Shown here one piece after another: positions 59,344 to 64,000 of a DNA stretch of 64,000 nt. A program made the position numbers and the translations under genes. The number at the start of each line of letters is the position of its first letter. The stretch's first letter is position 1. A model generated the notes under the pieces. That model was not told the origin of the DNA and searched no databases. It worked only from the letters and a program-made list of their open reading frames with translations. The DNA is from a virus, in IMG/VR virus record IMGVR_UViG_3300045988_070370, positions 1-64,000 of that record; one strand, 5' to 3'.

Positions 59344-59949
59344 ATGGAAGAAAAGTTAGAAATAATCACAAAGGAAGACTTGGAGGTATTATCTAAGCAA
59401 GCCTACGAGTCAGCAAAGGATAAGGGCTTCTACCCTGGTATTAGTACTACATTTCACCTGATGTTCATTATCGTAGAAATGGGTGAAGTGCTGCAAGCGG
59501 ACAGAAAAGATAGACATGGCTCCATCGAAGACTACGAAAGCGAAATTGAAATTGGCAGGGATATTCCTACCGCCTACAAAAACACGCTTGAAGGTACAGT
59601 AGAGTCTGAGTTTGCCGACATCGCTATTCGTATTCTCTCGCTCTTGGGTAGCATCATATCAAGCGAGAAAATCGAACTAACAGAAGACGAAGACCTGACA
59701 GACGAATACAAATTGGCTAAATTTATCTTTGGGTTTGATTTAGTCGAAGACCTATACAGACTCATCGAAAAGATAGGAGTCTGTGACTTGGATGATTCTC
59801 CAAACTGGTATCTCGTCAAGCATTTACAAGAAATACTGATGGATATTTTTGCGATTGCCCATAGTAACAATATCAACCTGATGGAGCACATCAAACTGAA
59901 AATGAAGTACAACGAAACTCGTCCGTATCTACACGGATATAAATATTAG
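59344..59949 (+). CDS. MazG-like all-alpha nucleoside triphosphate pyrophosphohydrolase
   Basis: The paired acidic helices IIVEMGEVLQADRK and ESEFADIAIRILSL match the MazG E..E / E..D pattern. Confidence 0.55.
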   Translation: MEEKLEIITKEDLEVLSKQAYESAKDKGFYPGISTTFHLMFIIVEMGEVLQADRKDRHGSIEDYESEIEIGRDIPTAYKNTLEGTVESEFADIAIRILSLLGSIISSEKIELTEDEDLTDEYKLAKFIFGFDLVEDLYRLIEKIGVCDLDDSPNWYLVKHLQEILMDIFAIAHSNNINLMEHIKLKMKYNETRPYLHGYKY

Positions 59950-59960
59950 GAGGACAAAAT

Positions 59961-60161
59961 ATGTTTGGAATAGAACAGATTTCAAGAAGATGCTTAATGA
60001 CTTTGAGTGATTGTAGCAAGATTCAAGCTACCATCACCATCCCAAAGCCGACCAAACCCATCTTTCCTGAGCAGATGGAAAGAGAGTTTATCAAGAACAT
60101 AAACAACTCACAACCTCTTGCAAAAAACAAGGTTGTAAAGTTACATATAATGAGGAATTAA
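59961..60161 (+). CDS. hypothetical protein (66 aa)
   Basis: ORF in the array. Confidence 0.4.
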   Translation: MFGIEQISRRCLMTLSDCSKIQATITIPKPTKPIFPEQMEREFIKNINNSQPLAKNKVVKLHIMRN

Positions 60162-60165
60162 GCTT

Positions 60166-60342
60166 ATGGAAGATTTACCTATTGGTTCTGAGATTACACT
60201 GAAAGTGGTTGAAAGTAATAGTTGTGATGGTTGCTTTTTCGCTGAGTTAGCTACCGATATTTATGAAAATGTTTGCAAGCGCATTAAATGTACGGCTAAC
60301 GAGCGTAAGGACGGTAAAAATGTTCAATTCAAAAAGAGTTAA
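60166..60342 (+). CDS. hypothetical small Cys-containing protein (58 aa, below ORF-track cutoff)
   Basis: Hand-translated as MEDLPIGSEITLKVVESNSCDGCFFAEL...KCTANERKDGKNVQFKKS*. It fills the gap between neighbouring ORFs. Confidence 0.4.
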   Translation: MEDLPIGSEITLKVVESNSCDGCFFAELATDIYENVCKRIKCTANERKDGKNVQFKKS

Positions 60343-60347
60343 ATGAT

Positions 60348-61343
60348 ATGGAAGAAAAGATTAATATAGCAGAGATACTAAAGGATAAGCCGCAAGGAAC
60401 GAAGTTATATGACTTATTACGGAATATTGACGTAGAGTTAGATAAAGTTCATATAACAGATGTTGGGTCTTACATTGTATGTACAGCAACCAATGAAGCG
60501 GGCAGCACTCGTTCGTTTGGTTATTCAAAATTAGGTACAGAAGAATGTTGGCTTGATGGTTTACAGATTCTCTTTCCTTCAAAATCAATGCAAGATTGGT
60601 CTAAGTTCGTTTGGAAGAAAGGCGATGTCTTGATTTGTAAAGATAACACACACATTATCTTTGAAAAGTTTGAGGATAATACCTACACAAGATTTAAAGG
60701 CAAGTATTATCTTTCTAAATTATATGCTAAAGAAGATTTTTATGAATCTTGTAAAGAGATACCCAAAATGTTTACTTCTTCGTTTGAGAAAGCCAACGAT
60801 TATGATGCTCAGACCTACATCAAAACCGTCGAGGAACGCTTGGGTGGCAAGCTCAATCTTGAATCTTTAGAGATTGAAAAGCAGCCAGAGTTCAAGGATG
60901 GGGATATTCTCTATGCAGAAAAAGATGAATCACATACAGATACGATATTTATTTTAAGAATAGTTGAAGGAGAAAGAAAAGATTACGCTTGTCTAATTCT
61001 TAATCGATGTCCGACGTGTGACTATAGTGGCTTTGGTTTTATAGGCAATGAAACACTTCGCTATGCTACAGAAGAAGAGAAGCGTCAGCTCTTTGATGCT
61101 TTAGCAAAGAAAGGCAAGGCTTGGGATGCTGAGCATAAAATGATTGTGGACTTGAAGCCAAAGGTCGAGCTGAAACCATTCGATAAGGTACTTGTCAAAG
61201 ATAATCCTTATGGAAGTTGGGAGCCTGCTCTCTTTTGGAAAAGAGTGGACGTAAAAGACATTCACACCTACAAGATTATAGGAGGTAAAAGATATAGATA
61301 TTGTGAACCTTACGAAGGTAATGAGCACTTGTTGGACAATTAA
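60348..61343 (+). CDS. hypothetical protein (331 aa)
   Basis: Long ORF. No motif recognised. Confidence 0.55.
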   Translation: MEEKINIAEILKDKPQGTKLYDLLRNIDVELDKVHITDVGSYIVCTATNEAGSTRSFGYSKLGTEECWLDGLQILFPSKSMQDWSKFVWKKGDVLICKDNTHIIFEKFEDNTYTRFKGKYYLSKLYAKEDFYESCKEIPKMFTSSFEKANDYDAQTYIKTVEERLGGKLNLESLEIEKQPEFKDGDILYAEKDESHTDTIFILRIVEGERKDYACLILNRCPTCDYSGFGFIGNETLRYATEEEKRQLFDALAKKGKAWDAEHKMIVDLKPKVELKPFDKVLVKDNPYGSWEPALFWKRVDVKDIHTYKIIGGKRYRYCEPYEGNEHLLDN

Positions 61344-61495
61344 AGATGTGGAGGGCTAATTATGGGCAATGAAGATTTAACGAATTGCATACCTTGGTAT
61401 TGTAAACCACACTTTAAATGTGAAGATATACAAGATGGTAAGACGCAGAGAAGAATGCATAGAAAGAATCAACTTAGAAAAAGAAAGGGTAGATT

Positions 61496-61834
61496 ATGAT
61501 TGACGAAAATAAAATAAAAAATGCAGCACGAAGATATTGTAAAGCTACTTATGGCACTGTCGATGACAATCCTTTCATAGCAGAATCTTTTAGGAAAGGT
61601 GCTAAGTGGGCTATCAACAAGTTCTTGAAAGACTTGTGGCATCCTGCTGAGGAAGAGCCTAATCACGAAGCGATAAGAACCTATATCTTGGGGGAAACAG
61701 AAGCAAGTGAGTCAGGTACACTTCCTATGCTATTAAGACCAAACACAAATTGGAAAGAGTTTGTTGTATCTCATAGTGTTACTCACTGGCTTTACGTTGA
61801 CGATTTGCTTCCAAAGGAAGGAGGAAAACTATGA
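61496..61834 (+). CDS. hypothetical protein (112 aa)
   Basis: ORF with an ATGA overlap to the next gene. Confidence 0.5.
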   Translation: MIDENKIKNAARRYCKATYGTVDDNPFIAESFRKGAKWAINKFLKDLWHPAEEEPNHEAIRTYILGETEASESGTLPMLLRPNTNWKEFVVSHSVTHWLYVDDLLPKEGGKL

Positions 61835-62046
61835 TTAAGCCAGTAACAATGTACTCTGTCGTATGTGACAGATGTGGAAAGACCTTCACTGATGAGTTTA
61901 ATGGCATTGTGGCTTGGGTGGACGAAGGAACTGCAAAAGAACAAGCAATGGAAAGCGAATGGGCAGAGATAGGCGATAAGCACTACTGCCCAGACTGCTA
62001 TGAATTTGACGATAAGTTAGATGAGTATATTCCTAAAAAGAAATGA
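61831..62046 (+). CDS. zinc-ribbon protein (71 aa)
   Basis: The CDRCGK ... CPDC pair of CxxC motifs. Confidence 0.5.
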   Translation: MIKPVTMYSVVCDRCGKTFTDEFNGIVAWVDEGTAKEQAMESEWAEIGDKHYCPDCYEFDDKLDEYIPKKK

Positions 62047-62339
62047 GTAAGAAAATGAAACAGAAATTATTAAATATCAGGCACAAGTTAATCGCTTTGT
62101 GGTGGTTCTTGACAAGAAAAAACTACTATCTTTTGTCTTACAATGGAAGAAAAAGTGAATTCTTGGAAAGCGGTAATGTTGTAATTCCAGAGTTCATCGA
62201 ATGGGTAAGAAAGAAGCATGGTGTTCCTACCAATCACGAGATAATCATGGAGTTGAAGAATATTGGAAACCTCTGTAGAAGCACAGATATTCTTGCATAT
62301 AATGAGATTAAGGCATTGATCAAGAAACTTGAAAAGTAA
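62043..62339 (+). CDS. hypothetical protein (98 aa)
   Basis: ORF with an ATGA overlap to the upstream gene. Confidence 0.45.
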   Translation: MSKKMKQKLLNIRHKLIALWWFLTRKNYYLLSYNGRKSEFLESGNVVIPEFIEWVRKKHGVPTNHEIIMELKNIGNLCRSTDILAYNEIKALIKKLEK

Positions 62340-62343
62340 GCGT

Positions 62344-62613
62344 ATGGATAAGTTAGAATACATTCCAGGAGATTTGGTAAATTATATATCTTTGTATAAA
62401 GAACCAGTGGCAGAAATCTGTGAGGTTTGTGAGACATCTTATCTTATAAGATTTATGAAAGGGAATTTTTCGAGAGTAGCAAAAGAAGAACTCAAACCAA
62501 TTCCTTTAACTCCAGAGATTTTAGAAAAGAATGGATGGGAATATGATGATGCAACATGGATTTTTAAAAAAGGAAATATTAGTATATTTATACTTCTTGA
62601 TGATAAAACTTAA
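62344..62613 (+). CDS. hypothetical protein (89 aa)
   Basis: Start trimmed to MDKLEY (ATG 62344), just after the upstream stop. Confidence 0.45.
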   Translation: MDKLEYIPGDLVNYISLYKEPVAEICEVCETSYLIRFMKGNFSRVAKEELKPIPLTPEILEKNGWEYDDATWIFKKGNISIFILLDDKT

Positions 62614-62717
62614 GCCGCATATCTATTAGGAGTGCGAGTTTTAGAATTTCATTTTGTGCATCAGCTTCAACATCTTCTCTTCGGTCTTGGTATTAATAAC
62701 GAAATGGAGGTGTAGGT

Positions 62718-62879
62718 ATGGCAAGATTATATACAAACCATGACCATTATTGCAATATCTGTGGTAAGCGCATAGATGATGGTGAGGATTATTACAGATG
62801 TTCAAGAAACATTGAAGTATGTCTTCCATGCAACGAAAAATACGGAATATGTAATAGTTGCACATTATGTAATAGATAA
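62718..62879 (+). CDS. Cys-rich zinc-finger mini-protein (53 aa, below ORF-track cutoff)
   Basis: Hand-translated as MARLYTNHDHYCNICGKRIDDGEDYYRCSRNIEVCLPCNEKYGICNSCTLCNR*, with several CxxC pairs. The listed minus-strand ORF 62641..62865 is the less plausible reading. Confidence 0.45.
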   Translation: MARLYTNHDHYCNICGKRIDDGEDYYRCSRNIEVCLPCNEKYGICNSCTLCNR

Positions 62880-62913
62880 TTGTTTAACGCCTTCGGGCAT
62901 AAATAGATAGAAT

Positions 62914-63954
62914 ATGAATGAAAAAGTAATCACCTCGTACAAGGCTTTCAACAAGAATATGCAATGCCGTAATTTCCAGTACGAAGTTGGAAAAGAGTAT
63001 GAAATGGACGGAGAAATTAAGTGTTGTAACCGAGGTTTCCACGCTTGCAAGTCTCCAATGGAAGTGTGGGACCACTACGATATGCTTAACTCTCGCTATG
63101 CAGAGGTAGAACAGTCTGGTAAAATTGATGAAGAAGGAGATTCGACAAAGGTTTGTTCTTCGCATATCAAGATTAAGGCTGAGTTGAAGCTGGCAGACAT
63201 CATTAAGGTTGGTGTCGAGTGGCTGAAAGATATTACCTCACCATCAAAGTTTAAGACAGATGGTGCGTTGTATGATAACGGAGACAGAAACAAACAGATT
63301 GGTTCAAGCGGTGACTATGCTCAGATTGGTTCAAGCGGTTACTCTGCTAAGATTGGTTCAAGCGGTGACTCTGCTCAGATTGGTTCAAGCGGTGACTCTG
63401 CTCAGATTGGTTCAAGCGGTTACTCTGCTAAGATTGGTTCAAGCGGTGACTATGCTAAGATTGGTTCAAGCGGTGACTATGCTCAGATTGGTTCAAGCGG
63501 TGACTCTGCTCAGAATGGTTCAAGCGGTGACTCTGCTCAGATTGGTTCAAGCGGTGACAATGCTCAGATTGGTTCAAGCGGTGACTCTGCTCAGATTGGT
63601 TCAAGCGGTGACTCTGCTCAGATTGGTTCAAGCGGTGACTCTGCTCAGATTGGTTCAAGCGGTTACTCTGCTAAGATTGGTTCAAGCGGTGACTATGCTA
63701 AGATTGGTTCAAGCGGTGACTATGCTAAGATTGATAGCACTGGAGAAGATTCTGTTATTATGTGTGCTGGAAACAAATCCAAAGTCAAAGCAAAGGTAGG
63801 CTCATGGATAACGCTGGCAGAGTGGAAATGGAGCGATGAGAAAAATCATAATGTTCCAGTATGCGTTAAGACAGAGTACGTTGACGGAGAAAACATCAAG
63901 GCTGATACTTGGTATCAACTTAAAAACGGAAAATTTGTTGAAGTTCAGAAGTAA
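62914..63954 (+). CDS. nonapeptide-repeat (IGSSGD[SY]A[QK]) beta-helix-like protein
   Basis: The N-domain is YKAFNKNMQCRNFQYEVGKEYEM...CNRGFHAC. It is followed by 16 consecutive 9-aa repeats and a C-terminal domain. Confidence 0.7.
   Translation: MNEKVITSYKAFNKNMQCRNFQYEVGKEYEMDGEIKCCNRGFHACKSPMEVWDHYDMLNSRYAEVEQSGKIDEEGDSTKVCSSHIKIKAELKLADIIKVGVEWLKDITSPSKFKTDGALYDNGDRNKQIGSSGDYAQIGSSGYSAKIGSSGDSAQIGSSGDSAQIGSSGYSAKIGSSGDYAKIGSSGDYAQIGSSGDSAQNGSSGDSAQIGSSGDNAQIGSSGDSAQIGSSGDSAQIGSSGDSAQIGSSGYSAKIGSSGDYAKIGSSGDYAKIDSTGEDSVIMCAGNKSKVKAKVGSWITLAEWKWSDEKNHNVPVCVKTEYVDGENIKADTWYQLKNGKFVEVQK
63298..63729 (+). repeat. 16 x 27-bp in-frame tandem repeat (ATTGGTTCAAGCGGTGACTCTGCTCAG consensus)
   Basis: Directly visible head-to-tail units differ only at 2-4 positions (GAC/TAC, TCT/TAT/AAT, CAG/AAG). 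A degenerate 17th unit follows. Confidence 0.95.
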
Positions 63955-64000
63955 CTAACCATCCTCTCCTTGGCAACAGGGAGAGGGTAAAAAGAAGAGA

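Noticed and set aside
63298-63729. The 27-bp tandem repeat considered as a CRISPR array.
   Set aside because: The units are directly abutting with no spacers, they are in frame within a long ORF, and no cas genes or leader are present.
63260-63799. Alternative-frame ORFs across the 27-bp repeat: 63260..63799 (+, LVQAVT repeats) and 63455..63658 (-).
   Set aside because: These are frame artefacts of a tandem repeat. Only the 62914..63954 frame has non-repetitive N- and C-terminal domains and a sensible start.
63963-63986. The hairpin CCTCTCC-(10 nt)-GGAGAGG after the last gene, considered as a terminator.
   Set aside because: It is followed by GTAAAAAG rather than a T-tract and lies at the window edge. 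The evidence is insufficient to call it.
1-64000. Diversity-generating retroelement, retron, CRISPR-Cas, transposase or IS elements.
   Set aside because: No reverse-transcriptase-like (YxDD), Cas-like or DDE-transposase-like ORF was seen, and no template/variable repeat pair was found. The only mobile-DNA enzyme recognised is the tyrosine integrase.

Overview
This 64-kb window is a densely coded stretch of a tailed dsDNA phage or prophage. The host is most likely a member of the Bacteroidota. The evidence for that is a recurrent TAnnTTTG -7 promoter box 10-60 nt upstream of operon-leading start codons and a Bacteroidota-style tyrosine integrase. Modules from left to right:

(i) 2-11272, mostly minus strand: virion genes (scaffold-like, major capsid, portal) with an embedded lysis cassette (holin-like, GH19-type endolysin, lipoprotein/TM spanin-like).

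(ii) 11414-19181, plus strand: a small DNA-binding protein, a rhomboid-like intramembrane protease, the large terminase, a Gly-rich tail fibre and visibly AT-richer receptor-binding-like genes.

(iii) 19427-42567, minus strand: small accessory or virion genes plus a single 17,055-nt ORF (5,684 aa). This ORF encodes a polyvalent multi-module protein with two HExxH zincin-like modules, an embedded C5-cytosine methyltransferase, a pyrophosphatase-like module and three ART-like modules. The modules are separated by a repeated FS[LI][KR] boundary motif.

(iv) 43169-51626: RNase HI, an integrase with a repeat-rich upstream region, a CI-like/Cro-like switch, a Rha-KilAC antirepressor and an excisionase-like HTH. 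The repressor operon also carries a cargo pair: a secreted retropepsin-TPR protein and a TM-anchored protein.

(v) 51872-52525: a tRNA whose anticodon loop has 8 nt (UUCCCCAU), followed by about 580 nt of ORF-poor, stem-rich sequence that ends in a strong intrinsic terminator.

(vi) 52555-63954, plus strand: early recombination and replication genes (Rad52-like annealase, PD-(D/E)XK exonuclease, OB-fold SSB-like, VRR-NUC, MazG-like). This module also holds a stand-alone C5-methyltransferase split into six pieces with ATGA-type junctions, and a nonapeptide-repeat protein built on sixteen 27-bp tandem repeats.

All functional calls come from reading motifs by eye. No database search or folding program was run.
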